Shown here: positions 18,083 through 29,129 of the stretch, in pieces
Layout: the number at the start of each line of letters is the position of its first letter
Position numbering within the stretch: the stretch's first letter is position 1
NCBI GenBank assembly: GCA_044224815.1
Contig: JBGAJR010000019.1
Coordinates: forward strand, 1-64,000
Length of the DNA stretch: 64,000 bases
From: Polyangiaceae bacterium
GTDB taxonomy: Bacteria; Myxococcota_A; Polyangia; Polyangiales; Polyangiaceae
Reading direction: 5' to 3'
Translations under genes and position numbers: made by a program
The notes under the pieces: model-generated
Seen by the model: only the letters and a program-made list of their open reading frames with translations
Database searches by the model: none
Told to the model about the DNA's origin: nothing

Positions 18083-19264
18083 TCAGCGCTCGATGACGAG
18101 CGCGAGGCCTTCGCCGCCGCCGATGCAGAGCGTGGCCATGCCGCGCTTGGCGTTGCGATCCTTCATCGCGTACGCGAGCGTGGTGACCATGCGCGCTCCG
18201 GTGGCGCCGATCGGGTGACCGAGGGCCACCGCGCCGCCGCGGACGTTGACCTTCTGGAGGTCGACGTTGGTCAGCTTGGCGCACGCCATCGTGACGACGC
18301 CGAAGGCCTCGTTGATCTCGAAGAGGTCGATCGCGTCGAGCTTGATCCCGGTCTTGGCCGACGCCTCGTTCATCGCGAGGACGGGCGCGGTCGTGAACTT
18401 GGCCGGCTCCTGCGCGCCGCCACCCCAGCCGACGATGCGGCAGAGCGGCTCCAGCTTGTGCTCCTTCACGGCCTTCTCGCTGGCGAGGATGAGGGCCGAG
18501 GCGCCGTCGTTGATCGACGACGCGTTGGCCGCCGTGATCGTCCCGTCTTTGGAGAACGCCGGGCGGAGGCCCGCGAACTTCGACGGGTCGCCCTTGGTCG
18601 GACCCTCGTCGAGCTTCACCATCGTCGGCTCGCCCTTCTTCTGCGGGACGGCGACGGCGGTGATCTCGGCGTCGAACATGCCTTCCTTCTGGGCGGCGAC
18701 GGCGCGACGGAAGCTCTCCTTGGCGAAGTCGTCCTGCGCCTCACGCGAGAAGCCGTACTCCTTGGCGCAGGCGTCGCCGCAGTTGCCCATGTGGACGTTG
18801 CCGTAGGGATCCCAGAGGCCGTCGAAGATCATGCCGTCGACGAGCTTGCCGTCGCCCATGCGGTAACCGCCGCGCGCCTTCTCGAGGTAGTAGGGCACGT
18901 TCGACATCGACTCCATGCCGCCGGCGACGACGAGGTCGCGCTCACCGAGCGCCACGGCGCGGGCGCCGAAGATGAGGGCCTGGAGGCCCGAGCCACAGAC
19001 CTTGTTGACCGTGGTGGCCGGCACGCTGTTCGGGAGCCCGGCGTAGATGAGCGCCTGGCGGGCCGGCGCCTGGCCGATGCCGGCCTGGAGCACGTTGCCC
19101 ATGAAGACTTCGCCGATGGTGTCGGGCGCGAGCTTGGCGCGCTCGAGCGCCGACTTGATGGCGACGGCGCCGAGCTCGGGCGCACGCATCGAAGAGAGCG
19201 AGCCCATGAAGGCGCCGATGGGAGTGCGGGTCGCGGACACGATGTAGACGGGCGGCATGGCCAT
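18083..19264 (-). CDS. Acetyl-CoA C-acetyltransferase (thiolase II)
   Basis: N-terminal VYIVSATRTPIG, active-site Cys NKVCGSGLQ and C-terminal CIGGGEG/NVRGGAVALGHPIGATG motifs. Confidence 0.85.
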   Translation of the reverse strand: MAMPPVYIVSATRTPIGAFMGSLSSMRAPELGAVAIKSALERAKLAPDTIGEVFMGNVLQAGIGQAPARQALIYAGLPNSVPATTVNKVCGSGLQALIFGARAVALGERDLVVAGGMESMSNVPYYLEKARGGYRMGDGKLVDGMIFDGLWDPYGNVHMGNCGDACAKEYGFSREAQDDFAKESFRRAVAAQKEGMFDAEITAVAVPQKKGEPTMVKLDEGPTKGDPSKFAGLRPAFSKDGTITAANASSINDGASALILASEKAVKEHKLEPLCRIVGWGGGAQEPAKFTTAPVLAMNEASAKTGIKLDAIDLFEINEAFGVVTMACAKLTNVDLQKVNVRGGAVALGHPIGATGARMVTTLAYAMKDRNAKRGMATLCIGGGEGLALVIER

Positions 19265-19434
19265 GGTGCTTCTCTCCTAGTAGGTCGCCTCGCGCAGTCC
19301 GGCGAGGCCCAGCGCGGTCGCTATAGCCCGGCCGAGGCCAGGCAGCCACCCGCAAATTGTGCGCCGCAGCATGACCCGCGGCCAGGAGGACCGGCGTTCA
19401 GTTGCCGCGAATCACGATGCCGCGTGGTCGGGCC

Positions 19435-21285
19435 TCAGGGGCGCTCGTCGAGGACGGCGCGCACCTTGGCTCCGAGCGTGCGGGGCGTGATGGGCTTGGC
19501 GAGGAAGTGCGCGTCGGGCGCGATGCGTCCGTGCTCGACGACGGAGCTCTCCGTGAAGCCCGAGACGAACAGCACCTTCATCTCGGGTCGGTTGGGCCCG
19601 AGCATGGCGAGAAGCTCGGGCCCGCTCGTCTCCGGCATCACGACGTCGGTGAGGAGGAGATCGATCGCGCCGGGGTAGCTTGCGCTCGTTCGGAGCGCCT
19701 CGTCGGCGGACTTGGTCTCGAGCACGCGATAGCCGAGCTGGCTCAGGATGCGCCGACTCACGGCACGCACGCGGTCGTCGTCCTCGACGAGCAGGATGGT
19801 CTCCGCTCCGTCGTGACGCGTGACCGCCGGGCCTTCCTCGCGGACGTCGTGCGGCACCTCGTCGATGCGTGGAAAATACAACTTGAAGGTCGCTCCCCGT
19901 CCGACCTCGCTGTAGACCCAGATGTGACCGCCGCTCTGCTTCACCACGCCGAACACCGATGAGAGGCCGAGCCCCGTTCCGCGGCCGACGTCCTTGGTGG
20001 TGAAGAATGGCTCGAAGATCCGCGCGCGCGTGGCGGCGTCCATTCCCACTCCGGTGTCGGTCACGGCGAGCATCACGTACGGGCCAGGGACGACGCCCAG
20101 GTGATCGGCCGCGTAGTCGGCGTCGAGTTCCACGTTGCTGGTCTCGATGAGCAGTCTTCCGCCGGACGGCATGGCGTCCCGCGCGTTGAGCACGAGGTTC
20201 ATCACCACTTGCTCGACCTGACGCGCGTCGAGCAGCGCGGCGCCGAGCGTCGGGTCGGGCTGGATCTTCAGCACGACGTCATCGCCGATCGAGCGCGTGA
20301 TCATCTTCTCCACCTGTCCGAGCACGTCGTTCAGGCTGGTGGGCCGCGGGCGCAGCACCTGGCGGCGCCCGAACGCGAGGAGCTGCGCGGTGAGCTCCGA
20401 GGCGCGGACGCCCGCCGCCTGGATCATCTCGACGTCCTCGCGCGCTTGATGTCCGGGTGGCAGCGCCTCGAGCACGAGCGCGCCGTAGCTCAAGATCACG
20501 GAGAGCATGTTGTTGAAGTCGTGCGCGACCCCACCGGCGAGCCCACCCAGCGCTTCGAGCTTCTGGGTCTCGAGGAGACGTGCCTCCAGCTTTTCTCGCT
20601 CCGACGTATCGCGCACGATCGCCACCACGAGGCGCTCTCCGCGAACGACGACCCAGCCGGCCGTGACGAGGACACGGCGCTCGACCCCAGCGCGCTTGGC
20701 GTGCCCCGCGGTGGCGCCTCCGTTGGCCGCGGCGAGCGCGGCCACGTCCACGGCGAGGAGTGTCTCGCGCGCCACGCCGACGAGGTCTCCCGCGGCGGCG
20801 CCGAAGAGCGCCTCGGCGGCGGCGTTCGCTACCTGCACGCGGTCGCCTCTGAACACGAGCACCGCTTCGGGGAGACCCACCAAGAGGTCGCGAAGGGCGT
20901 GCTCGCTTTCGCGGAGCTCGAGCTCGGCGCGCTTTTGCTCGGTCGTGTCGCTGGAGAGGACGCACACCCCGTCCGAGACCGGGACGAACTTGAGCTCGAA
21001 CCACTTCTTCGTTCCGTCGGGGAACGTGAACTCGTTCTCCATCCGGTGATGCGTCCGGTCGGCCATCGTGCGGCTGAGCTCGCCGAACATCGCCGTGGCC
21101 TCGATGCCGGGATAGCACTCCATCATCGTGCGGCCGATGAGCTCGTCACGCGTCTTGCCCGACTGCGCGACGAGCGCGTCGTTCACGTAGACGTAGCGGT
21201 AGTCGAAGCCAATCACCTGACAACCCTCGAGCAGGTTGTCGAGGACGTGGCCGACCACGCCGCGCGAACGATCCGTCTCCCCCAT
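19435..21285 (-). CDS. Hybrid sensor histidine kinase (PAS, HisKA, HATPase_c, C-terminal receiver)
   Basis: H-box VAHDFNN, N/G boxes LNARDAMP and DTGVGMD...GTGLGLS, and the receiver ILLVEDDD...[10 protein letters not shown]. Confidence 0.85.
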   Translation of the reverse strand: MGETDRSRGVVGHVLDNLLEGCQVIGFDYRYVYVNDALVAQSGKTRDELIGRTMMECYPGIEATAMFGELSRTMADRTHHRMENEFTFPDGTKKWFELKFVPVSDGVCVLSSDTTEQKRAELELRESEHALRDLLVGLPEAVLVFRGDRVQVANAAAEALFGAAAGDLVGVARETLLAVDVAALAAANGGATAGHAKRAGVERRVLVTAGWVVVRGERLVVAIVRDTSEREKLEARLLETQKLEALGGLAGGVAHDFNNMLSVILSYGALVLEALPPGHQAREDVEMIQAAGVRASELTAQLLAFGRRQVLRPRPTSLNDVLGQVEKMITRSIGDDVVLKIQPDPTLGAALLDARQVEQVVMNLVLNARDAMPSGGRLLIETSNVELDADYAADHLGVVPGPYVMLAVTDTGVGMDAATRARIFEPFFTTKDVGRGTGLGLSSVFGVVKQSGGHIWVYSEVGRGATFKLYFPRIDEVPHDVREEGPAVTRHDGAETILLVEDDDRVRAVSRRILSQLGYRVLETKSADEALRTSASYPGAIDLLLTDVVMPETSGPELLAMLGPNRPEMKVLFVSGFTESSVVEHGRIAPDAHFLAKPITPRTLGAKVRAVLDERP

Positions 21286-21366
21286 CTCGTGCCCCCGCTT
21301 CTTGAGGTAGCGAAGAACGGGGTGAGGACCAAGCGCGCGGGCGGAAAATCAACGCGCGACGCTCGC

Positions 21367-21385
21367 TCGTCCAATGGTTGGACGA
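21367..21385 (-). terminator. Perfect hairpin tcgtccaa-tgg-ttggacga, 55 nt downstream of the Spy-like gene stop
   Basis: 8-bp perfect stem seen in the sequence. No U-tract follows. Confidence 0.3.
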
Positions 21386-21439
21386 ACCTGTGTCATTTAA
21401 GCGCGCTTGAGCTGCGTGTGCAGCACGCGCCTGAGCGCG

Positions 21440-22384
21440 TCAGCGCGGGCCGTGCATCGGCGGGCGCTCGTCGGCGTGCGCCGCGCGGTCACGCAGCATC
21501 GTCGCGACCTTGGCGCGTTGCTCCGGCGTGAGGATCGGGAGGGCTTTCGCCGCGAAATGCACCATCTTCTCCGCGCGGTCTTCGCCCTTGGGGGGCGCGA
21601 GGAGCGCCGTGCCGTCGAAGGAGTCGCTCTTGAACGACTCGAGCGCTTGCTTGCGCTCTTCCCGATGCCCGGCGAAGGCCTCGCGCATCGGCTTTCCGCC
21701 AGCGATCTCCTTCTTGAAGAGCTCTTTCAGCTGGTCGCGTTGGTCGCTCGTGAGATCGAGCTCCTTCCACGCTTCCATGAGCGGACCGCCCATGTGCATC
21801 TTGGCGAAGTGATGCTCGGCCGCGGGCGGCGGGGCGGGCTCCGCGCCGTTCGCGGCCGGCGGGGGCGGACGATGCTCCGCGTGCGTCCCCATCTTGCCCA
21901 TGAACGATTCGCGCATGTGCTTGGGGAGCGCGTCCACGAACGCGGCGCGCTGCTCCGGCGTGAGCGTCTTGTGGAGCTCCACGAGCGAGGCGCGATCCTC
22001 GTCGCGCACCTTCTTCATCGGCGCGGCGACCGCGTCGATCTTCGGCTTCAGGCCCGCCTCGTCGATCGCTCCGGCTTGCACCTGATCGGCGACCGCGAGG
22101 AGGAGCGCCTTGCGCGCCTCAGCGCTCGATTTCCACGCGGTAGCGTGTCGCGCCTCGGCGGCGCGGAAGAGCTCGGTCACACGCGCGCGCTGGGGCGCCG
22201 TGAGGGGAACGTCGCCGAACGTCTCTCCGACGGCCGCGAGCGGTCCGGGCTCGGACGATGCGATGGCCTCGCGGGTGGTGCCGGCGGGCGTCGCGGACGT
22301 GGCGGTCGCGGCGCTGCAGCCGGCGGCCGCAAGGACGAGGGGGAGGGCGAGGAAAGCGAAGCGGGCGCGGGGGCGGAGGTTCAT
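21440..22384 (-). CDS. Spy/CpxP family periplasmic protein (LTxxQ repeats), lipoprotein
   Basis: Lipobox LAAAGCSA. Three LTPEQR/LTSDQR motifs. Confidence 0.7.
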   Translation of the reverse strand: MNLRPRARFAFLALPLVLAAAGCSAATATSATPAGTTREAIASSEPGPLAAVGETFGDVPLTAPQRARVTELFRAAEARHATAWKSSAEARKALLLAVADQVQAGAIDEAGLKPKIDAVAAPMKKVRDEDRASLVELHKTLTPEQRAAFVDALPKHMRESFMGKMGTHAEHRPPPPAANGAEPAPPPAAEHHFAKMHMGGPLMEAWKELDLTSDQRDQLKELFKKEIAGGKPMREAFAGHREERKQALESFKSDSFDGTALLAPPKGEDRAEKMVHFAAKALPILTPEQRAKVATMLRDRAAHADERPPMHGPR

Positions 22385-22620
22385 AGGAGAGAGGATGCGT
22401 CCGTCCGAATCGCGACGCCGCTTAAGTAGTGTGAAGCGCCGGCAGACACACCCGCCCGCGGCCGGCTGCAAGACAGCGCTTTTTCCGCTCAGTCCCGTGG
22501 GGTTGCGGCGCTCGACCACCCGCGACATTCGGCGTCTGGCCCTGGAGTCCGTTCCTCTCCCACATCACGGAAGGCGCGTGGGCGGCGACCTCTGTTACGC
22601 TCCAGGATCGGAGCGCGCCG

Positions 22621-23961
22621 GTGGCATTTTATCCGTGTCCCCACTGCGGACAGCACCACGACAGCACGCTCACGCTGTGCCCGAACACCGGGCGCAGCAT
22701 CACGCCGGGCGCGCCGCCGTCCCGACCGTCGGCGCCGCCGCCGCCGCCCGCGCCGGGTGAGCGCGTGCGCGTCGTTCCGCCGTCCGACGAGGAGATGACG
22801 AGCACCGGCGCGAGCCGCTTGCTCGGCCGCGTGATCGCCGGTCGCTATCGCGTTCGATCGGTGTTGGGCGAAGGCGGAATGGGCACCGTGTTCGACGGCG
22901 AGCACGTGACGCTCGGTCGCTCCGTCGCGATCAAGGTGCTCCATCCGCTGCAAGCGCGCCGGTCGGTGGCGGTGCAGCGTTTCCAGATCGAGGCTCGGGC
23001 CGCCGGCACCATCGGCCACCCGAACATCTGCGAGGTCTACGACATGGGGCAGCTCGAGGACGGGAGCCCGTTCCTCGTGATGGAGCGCCTCTCCGGCGAG
23101 ACGCTCGCCGATCGCCTCGAGCGCGAGGGCGCGCTCTCCGTTCCGGAGATCGTCGACGTCATGATGCAGGTGCTCTCGGGGCTCCATGCCGCGCACGAGA
23201 AGGGCATCCTCCACCGCGACATCAAGCCGGAGAACATCTTCTTGAACGGGCGCATCGGCCTCGCGCCCATCGCGAAGATCCTCGACTTCGGTGTCGCGAA
23301 AGACACCACGGTCGAGCGGCCCGAGGATCTCGAGCTCACGATGACCGGCATGGTGATGGGCACGCCGTTTTATCTGTCGCCCGAACAAGCGCGCGGCGAT
23401 CGCGATCTCGATCGGCGCACCGATGTCTACGCGTGCGGCGTGGTGCTGTACGAAGCGCTCACTGGGACGCGGCCCTTCGCGGGCGACAATTACAATCAGC
23501 TCCTGCGATCGATCCTGCTCGCGGAGCCCACGCCGCTCCGCGACCTCCGGCCCGATCTCCCCGACGGCTTCGAGCACGTGGTGGCGCGCGCCATGGCCCG
23601 TCACCGATCGGCGCGCTACGCGAACGCGCTCGATCTCCAGGACGAGCTCGCGCCTTATCACGCCGGCGCCGCGGTCGTTCCGAGCGGCCGCCTTTCGTCG
23701 CCGCCGGCCCCGTCGCGCCGCTCGGTGCCGCCGCCGGCGCCCTCGTCGGGCGCGGGACCGGAGTGGGACGACAACACGGTGTACGACGCCGAGCTCGCTG
23801 CGCGCGTGAGCGCGCACGCGAGTCAGCCTCCGTCGCAACGTCACCCGGGCGCGGCGCGCGTGGACGAGCTCACCTTCGACGAAGAGACCGTGCGCACCAA
23901 TCAGCCCTCGCAGATCGCCAAGGAGATCCGCGAGCAGCTCAAACGCGGCAAGAAGCCCTGA
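22621..23961 (+). CDS. Ser/Thr protein kinase with an N-terminal C4 zinc ribbon
   Basis: CPHCGQHHDSTLTLCP, then GEGGMGTVF, AIKVL, HRDIKPENIFL, DFGVAK and SPEQ. Confidence 0.85.
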   Translation: MAFYPCPHCGQHHDSTLTLCPNTGRSITPGAPPSRPSAPPPPPAPGERVRVVPPSDEEMTSTGASRLLGRVIAGRYRVRSVLGEGGMGTVFDGEHVTLGRSVAIKVLHPLQARRSVAVQRFQIEARAAGTIGHPNICEVYDMGQLEDGSPFLVMERLSGETLADRLEREGALSVPEIVDVMMQVLSGLHAAHEKGILHRDIKPENIFLNGRIGLAPIAKILDFGVAKDTTVERPEDLELTMTGMVMGTPFYLSPEQARGDRDLDRRTDVYACGVVLYEALTGTRPFAGDNYNQLLRSILLAEPTPLRDLRPDLPDGFEHVVARAMARHRSARYANALDLQDELAPYHAGAAVVPSGRLSSPPAPSRRSVPPPAPSSGAGPEWDDNTVYDAELAARVSAHASQPPSQRHPGAARVDELTFDEETVRTNQPSQIAKEIREQLKRGKKP

Positions 23962-23967
23962 GCGTTC

Positions 23968-26010
23968 TCAGGCCGGCGGCAGCGTGCCGCCCGCGAGGAG
24001 CACCCCGAGCTCGGCTTCTGTGACCACGCGCGTGCCGAACTTCTTGGCCTGATCGAGCTTGGTCTTGCCGGTCTTCTCGCCGGCGACCAAGTACGTCGTG
24101 CCCTTTTTCACCGAGTCGTGGATGGCGCCGCCGCGCGCCTTGATGTCGGCGTGGACGTCTTCGCGTTTCCGCGAGAGGACGCCGGTCACGCAGAACGAGC
24201 TCCCCGTCAGCGCGCCTTCGACCACCGCCTCGCGCGGCTGCGGCTTGCCGACGCCGAGCTCGCGGAGCTTCTGCATCAAGTGCCGCGACGTGTCGTCGCG
24301 CAAGAAGTCGACGACGCAGTCCACCATCTTGGGGCCGAAGCCGCGGATGGCGGCCACGTGCTCCCGCGCCTCGCTCTCGCTCCACCCGAGGAGCGTCTCG
24401 AGCGAGCCGGCCGCCTCGGCGAGTTGCTTGGCGGCGACCTGCCCGACCTGGGGAATGCCGAGGCCGCATAGCAGTCGATCGAGCGTGCGCTCGCGCGAGC
24501 GCTCGATGGAGTCGATCACGTTCTTGGCGCTCTTGTCGCCCATGCGCTCGAGCTCGGTGATCTGCGCCGCGGTCAGGCGATAGAGATCGGCCACGTCTTT
24601 GACGAGGCCGCTGTCGACGAGCTGCTCGATGAGCGAGATCCCGAGCCGATCGACGTCCATCGCGAAGCGCCGCGTGAAGTAGTGCACCGCCGCCTTGAGC
24701 TGCGCCGGGCACGCGCGGTTGGGGCAGCGCACCGTCGCCTCCACGCCGAGCTCGGGGCGATCTTCTTCCCGCAGGCGCGCCTCGACTTTGGTGCCGCACT
24801 CGGGGCACTTGTCGGGCATCACGAACGGCGTCTCGCCGCCGGTGCGCGCTGCCGCGTCCACCGCCACGACCTGGGGGATGATCTCGCCGGCTTTTGCAAT
24901 GTACACGCGATCGCCGATGCGTACGTCGAGGTCGGCGATCTGCCCGGCGTTGTGCAGCGAGGCGCGCGACACGGTGGTGCCACCGAGCTCGACGGGATCG
25001 AGGTTCGCCACCGGCGTGAGCGCGCCGGTGCGGCCGACCTGCACCACGATCTCGCGGACGCGCGTCGCCGCGCGCTCGGCTTCGAATTTGTAGGCGACGG
25101 CCCACTTGGGGAACTTCGACGTGAAGCCGAGGATCTCCTGGGCTCGGTAGCTGTCGACCTTGACGACCGCGCCGTCGGTCTCGAACGGATAGCCGTCGCG
25201 CGCCTCGTCGATGGCTCCGATGGCGTTCATCACTTGCTCCCACGGCACGGTCACCTCGCGCCGGTGGGTGGGGAGGCCTTGCTCGGCGAGCCACGCCAGG
25301 CTCTCTGCGTGTCCGGCGTGCAAGCTCGGTCCTTCCACGAGCTGGTAGAAGATGACGCGGAGCGGGCGCGCCGCGACCTCCTTGGGATCGAGCATGCGGA
25401 TCGACCCGGCGGCGGCGTTGCGCGGGTTGGCGAACGGCTCGAGGCCGGCCGCCTCGCGCTCCACGTTCATGGCCTCGAGATCGCGGCGGTAGAGGACGAC
25501 CTCGCCGCGCAGCGTGATCTTTCCCTGGTGCGGAATGGTGCCCGGGAGGCCGCGCAACGTGCGCGCGTTGACCGTGATGTCCTCGCCGAACTCGCCGTCG
25601 CCGCGCGTCGAGGCTTGCACCAAGCGACCGCCGTCGAAGACCACCTCGAGGCTCCCGCCGTCGAGCTTGGGCTCGACCGTGAAGCGGACGTCGGTCCCGT
25701 CGGGGAGCCCGGTCACCACGCGCCGATGAAACTCGCCCATGTCGTCGGCGGAGTAGGTGTTGTCGAGCGAGAACATGCGGTGCTCGTGCTTCACCTTCAC
25801 CGCGGCCGTGCGCGCCTCGCCACCCACGCGTTGGGTGGGGGACTCGGGAGTGACGAGCTCCGGATGTGCGGCCTCGAGGGCACGGAGGTCGCGGAGGAGC
25901 GCGTCGAACTGGGCGTCGGTGATCGACGCGTCGTCGAGCACGTAATAGCGATAGTTGGCGGCTTCGATCTCGCGGACGAGCGCGGCGTGCTTCTTGGCCG
26001 GGGCGGTCAT
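23968..26010 (-). CDS. ligA: NAD-dependent DNA ligase
   Basis: KxDG adenylation motif region, four-Cys zinc finger (CPECGT...CPNRAC), HhH and BRCT at the C-terminus. The N-terminus YRYYVLDDASITDAQFDALLRDL is LigA-like. Confidence 0.9.
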   Translation of the reverse strand: MTAPAKKHAALVREIEAANYRYYVLDDASITDAQFDALLRDLRALEAAHPELVTPESPTQRVGGEARTAAVKVKHEHRMFSLDNTYSADDMGEFHRRVVTGLPDGTDVRFTVEPKLDGGSLEVVFDGGRLVQASTRGDGEFGEDITVNARTLRGLPGTIPHQGKITLRGEVVLYRRDLEAMNVEREAAGLEPFANPRNAAAGSIRMLDPKEVAARPLRVIFYQLVEGPSLHAGHAESLAWLAEQGLPTHRREVTVPWEQVMNAIGAIDEARDGYPFETDGAVVKVDSYRAQEILGFTSKFPKWAVAYKFEAERAATRVREIVVQVGRTGALTPVANLDPVELGGTTVSRASLHNAGQIADLDVRIGDRVYIAKAGEIIPQVVAVDAAARTGGETPFVMPDKCPECGTKVEARLREEDRPELGVEATVRCPNRACPAQLKAAVHYFTRRFAMDVDRLGISLIEQLVDSGLVKDVADLYRLTAAQITELERMGDKSAKNVIDSIERSRERTLDRLLCGLGIPQVGQVAAKQLAEAAGSLETLLGWSESEAREHVAAIRGFGPKMVDCVVDFLRDDTSRHLMQKLRELGVGKPQPREAVVEGALTGSSFCVTGVLSRKREDVHADIKARGGAIHDSVKKGTTYLVAGEKTGKTKLDQAKKFGTRVVTEAELGVLLAGGTLPPA

Positions 26011-26095
26011 GGCGCGCATCGTACAGCGGTGCTCAGTCGAGGTGAGCTTACGAATCGTGCCGTCCGGTCGGGCGAGTACGAGCCGACCGAACGCG

Positions 26096-27961
26096 TCAGG
26101 GCTTGGACGCGCCGCGCGTCGCGTGCGGCTCGGAGACGATCGTTTCGCCTTCGTCGAGCGGCGGGTCGACCCGGCGCGTCTGCGCCGTGGGCGAGATGCG
26201 CGGGCGCGAAGCGGGATCGGGCGCGGAGGCGCTCGTCGTCGACGCGGGCGGCGCGGGCCGCGAGTCGGGGATCGCTTGCGACTGCGCGGCGAGGGCGCGC
26301 GCGTCTTGGCTGTCGATGCGGATGGTGGGCTCGCTCGGGAGCGATCGATGTTGCTGCTGCCGCTCTTCGAGAGCGCGCGCACCGGCGAGCGCCGCGCGTG
26401 CGAGCGCTCGGATCTCCACCGCGCTCGTGTGCAGCGGCGTCGGCTCTTCGTAGAATCCCGTGGCCGTGTGCGACTGCGGCGCGCGATCGAACGCGGCGAA
26501 TCGCGGGTCGACGTCCGCGGGCGGCTCGCCGCGCACCGCCGGCTCACGCGCGATCGGCACCCGCACCGAGTCCGGGAGCGGCGCGGCCGGTGGCAACGGC
26601 CTTTCGTCGAACGGCGCCGACGACATCCCCTCCGAGTGGACGCCGCGAAGTGCTTCGAGCGCGCTTATGAATTCTTCGGCGCTCTGGTAGCGGAGCTCCC
26701 GATCGCGCGCCATCGCCTTCTTGATGACGAGGTCGAGCTCGGTGGGCAGGCCGGGGCGCAAGCTCGAGAGCGGCTGCGGGTCGTCGCTCAGGATCTTGAG
26801 GAGGATGCCGTGCTCCGACGGCGCCGAGAACGGGCGGGCACCGGTGAGCATCTCGTAGAGCATGACGCCGACGGCGTAGACGTCGACGCGCCCGTCGAGA
26901 TCGCGCTCCCCGCGCGCTTGCTCCGGGGACATGTAGTACGCGGTGCCGATGGCGATGCCGGTGCCGGTGAGGTCGCGCTCCGGTCCGCTCATCGGCTTGG
27001 ACGTGCCGAAGTCGAGCACCTTCACGAACGCGCCGGCGCCGGCGCGTGGCTTGGCGCCGTCGGCGGTGCGATCGACCAAGAAGATGTTGTCGGGCTTCAC
27101 GTCGCGGTGCACGACCCCGGAGCGATGCACGGCGTCGAGCGCGCTCAGCGTCTGCGTCACGATGTCGATGGCCTCGTCGATGGCCATCGGTCGGCCCTCG
27201 GAGATGCGCGTCGCGAGCGACTGACCGTAGAGGCGCTCCATGACGATGTACGGCCGACCGTCCTCGAGTGAGCCGGCGTCGTAGACCACGGCGACGTTCG
27301 GGTGGCCGCACATGCCGGCGGTGCGCGCCTCGCGCATGAAGCGTTTGAGCTGCACCTCGTCGCCGCCGAGATGCGGGTGGAGCACCTTGATCGCCACGAC
27401 GCGACCGATGCCGATGTGCTCGGCCTCGAGGACGACGCCCATGCCGCCCGAGCCGATGGTGCCCCGCACGAGGTACTTGTTGTCGATCGTGCGGAGCCGC
27501 TGCATCGCCGGCGGACCGCTGCGCGCGGCGGCAGGCAGCGGCGGCGGCGTGTTGCGGCGCGCGGCGGCTGGCATCGCGGAGACGGCGCGCGCACCCGGCG
27601 GCGGCGTCGAAGGCTTCTGGCGCGCCGGCGGAGGTGCCGAGGGCTGCTTGCGATCGCCTGGCGGCGGCGGCCGATCGCTGAGCGGTCGCGACCGTGGGAT
27701 GCCGGACGCGCGATCGGAAGAAGGGGGCGGGGGCGCCGGCGGCGCGGGCGGCGGGAACGGCTGAGGAAGCGGCGTCTGTTTCGCGCGCGGGCCACCGGCC
27801 AACGGCGCTTGGCGGGGAACGGAGGGGAGCGAAGGCGCGCGCTTCTGACCACCGTCGGGCTCGCTCGGTCGCAACGACGGAAGGACACCGCCCGTGCGAT
27901 CGCACACGCGAGCTTCTTCCGGGTGCTGTCCCGAGCAGTACGGACAGGGAACGAGCGCCAA
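26096..27961 (-). CDS. Ser/Thr protein kinase with an N-terminal zinc ribbon and a Pro-rich linker
   Basis: CPYCSGQHPEEARVCD, then GSGGMGVV, AIKVL, HRDVKPDNIFL, DFGTSK and SPEQ. Confidence 0.85.
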   Translation of the reverse strand: MALVPCPYCSGQHPEEARVCDRTGGVLPSLRPSEPDGGQKRAPSLPSVPRQAPLAGGPRAKQTPLPQPFPPPAPPAPPPPSSDRASGIPRSRPLSDRPPPPGDRKQPSAPPPARQKPSTPPPGARAVSAMPAAARRNTPPPLPAAARSGPPAMQRLRTIDNKYLVRGTIGSGGMGVVLEAEHIGIGRVVAIKVLHPHLGGDEVQLKRFMREARTAGMCGHPNVAVVYDAGSLEDGRPYIVMERLYGQSLATRISEGRPMAIDEAIDIVTQTLSALDAVHRSGVVHRDVKPDNIFLVDRTADGAKPRAGAGAFVKVLDFGTSKPMSGPERDLTGTGIAIGTAYYMSPEQARGERDLDGRVDVYAVGVMLYEMLTGARPFSAPSEHGILLKILSDDPQPLSSLRPGLPTELDLVIKKAMARDRELRYQSAEEFISALEALRGVHSEGMSSAPFDERPLPPAAPLPDSVRVPIAREPAVRGEPPADVDPRFAAFDRAPQSHTATGFYEEPTPLHTSAVEIRALARAALAGARALEERQQQHRSLPSEPTIRIDSQDARALAAQSQAIPDSRPAPPASTTSASAPDPASRPRISPTAQTRRVDPPLDEGETIVSEPHATRGASKP

Positions 27962-28108
27962 ACCGTGATCCTCGAGGGCTTCGCCGGCCGCGACCGGTCG
28001 AGATTGGAACGTTCTACGGACGAGCTTCCAAGAAGCTTCTCGATGCTACGCGTCGGCGAGAGGGCTCGCCAGCCTCACGCGGCCTTCGCCCTTGAGGCGT
28101 GCAACTCG

Positions 28109-29125
28109 TCAGAATGAAAGATGGAAATCCACGCCGTTGGCCGCGCGGGATCCTCCCACGCGTGGCGTGAGCCGAGCCTGCGAGCCGTGCCCGCCACTCG
28201 GCGACGATGAAATCACGAGGTAGGCGCCGATGCCGGTGAGGATCGCGCCGACGGGCAACGACACGTTCGCGATCCACGCCTGCGCGGACGGAAGGTCACC
28301 CTTCTCTTTCGCGTAAGACTCCGGGGACTGATCGATGCGCGTCTGCGCGTCGTGCACGTTGACGAGGTAAGCGACGCCGAAGCCGGCGCCGAGCGCGAGC
28401 GCGCCGACGCCCGCCGCACCGATCACCCAGCCGAGCCCGGCGTTCGAGCCGCCCGACGGAGCGACTCGGTCGGGCTCGGGCTTCGCCGGTGGCGTCGTGC
28501 TGGGCGGCGGCTCCGGAGCGCGCGGAAGGGGAGTGAGCGGCGGGAGCGTGACCGAGAGGTTCCCACCTTCGGCCGGTACGTCGATCTGACGCATGTATTG
28601 TGCATACGATGGCGCCGCGGCGCGGATCACGTGATTCCCGCCGTCGACCGGGATCGGTGTGCCGAAGCTCGATGGGCGCACCGGCACGTCGTCGAGCGTG
28701 ACCTCGAGCCCGTCGACGATCGTCGTGACCGGCACCTCGACCTTGAGCCGACTCAGCTTGGGCTCGAGCGCGGCGATTCGCTGCTCGGCGAGCGCTGCGC
28801 GGTCGGGGCGCGTGGCGCGCGACGCGGCGAGGACCTCGCGGTGTTGGACCCACGCGGTGGCGATGCGACCGCGCTGCTCGTTGCAGAGGGCGAGGTTGAA
28901 CAACGTGCCCATGGCGCTCGGATCGAGCTTGCGGCTCTCCTCGAACTTGGAGCACGCCGCGTCGACCTTTCCTTCGGCGAGCAGGGTGCGGGCTTCGGTG
29001 AAGAGCGCCTCGGCGGCGGCCGCGCTCTGCGCCGACACTTGCGCGCGCGCGGGCGCGGCGAACGCCACGGCGACGGCGAGGGTGACGATCCCGGCGAGGG
29101 TGGAGGCGCGCATCGTTCGAAGCAC
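28109..29125 (-). CDS. Secreted TPR-like protein with a C-terminal membrane anchor, hypothetical
   Basis: Signal peptide, helical repeats and C-terminal TM segments. It lies 4 nt downstream of the kinase gene, so it is co-operonic. Confidence 0.6.
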   Translation of the reverse strand: MLRTMRASTLAGIVTLAVAVAFAAPARAQVSAQSAAAAEALFTEARTLLAEGKVDAACSKFEESRKLDPSAMGTLFNLALCNEQRGRIATAWVQHREVLAASRATRPDRAALAEQRIAALEPKLSRLKVEVPVTTIVDGLEVTLDDVPVRPSSFGTPIPVDGGNHVIRAAAPSYAQYMRQIDVPAEGGNLSVTLPPLTPLPRAPEPPPSTTPPAKPEPDRVAPSGGSNAGLGWVIGAAGVGALALGAGFGVAYLVNVHDAQTRIDQSPESYAKEKGDLPSAQAWIANVSLPVGAILTGIGAYLVISSSPSGGHGSQARLTPRVGGSRAANGVDFHLSF

Positions 29126-29129
29126 TGGC

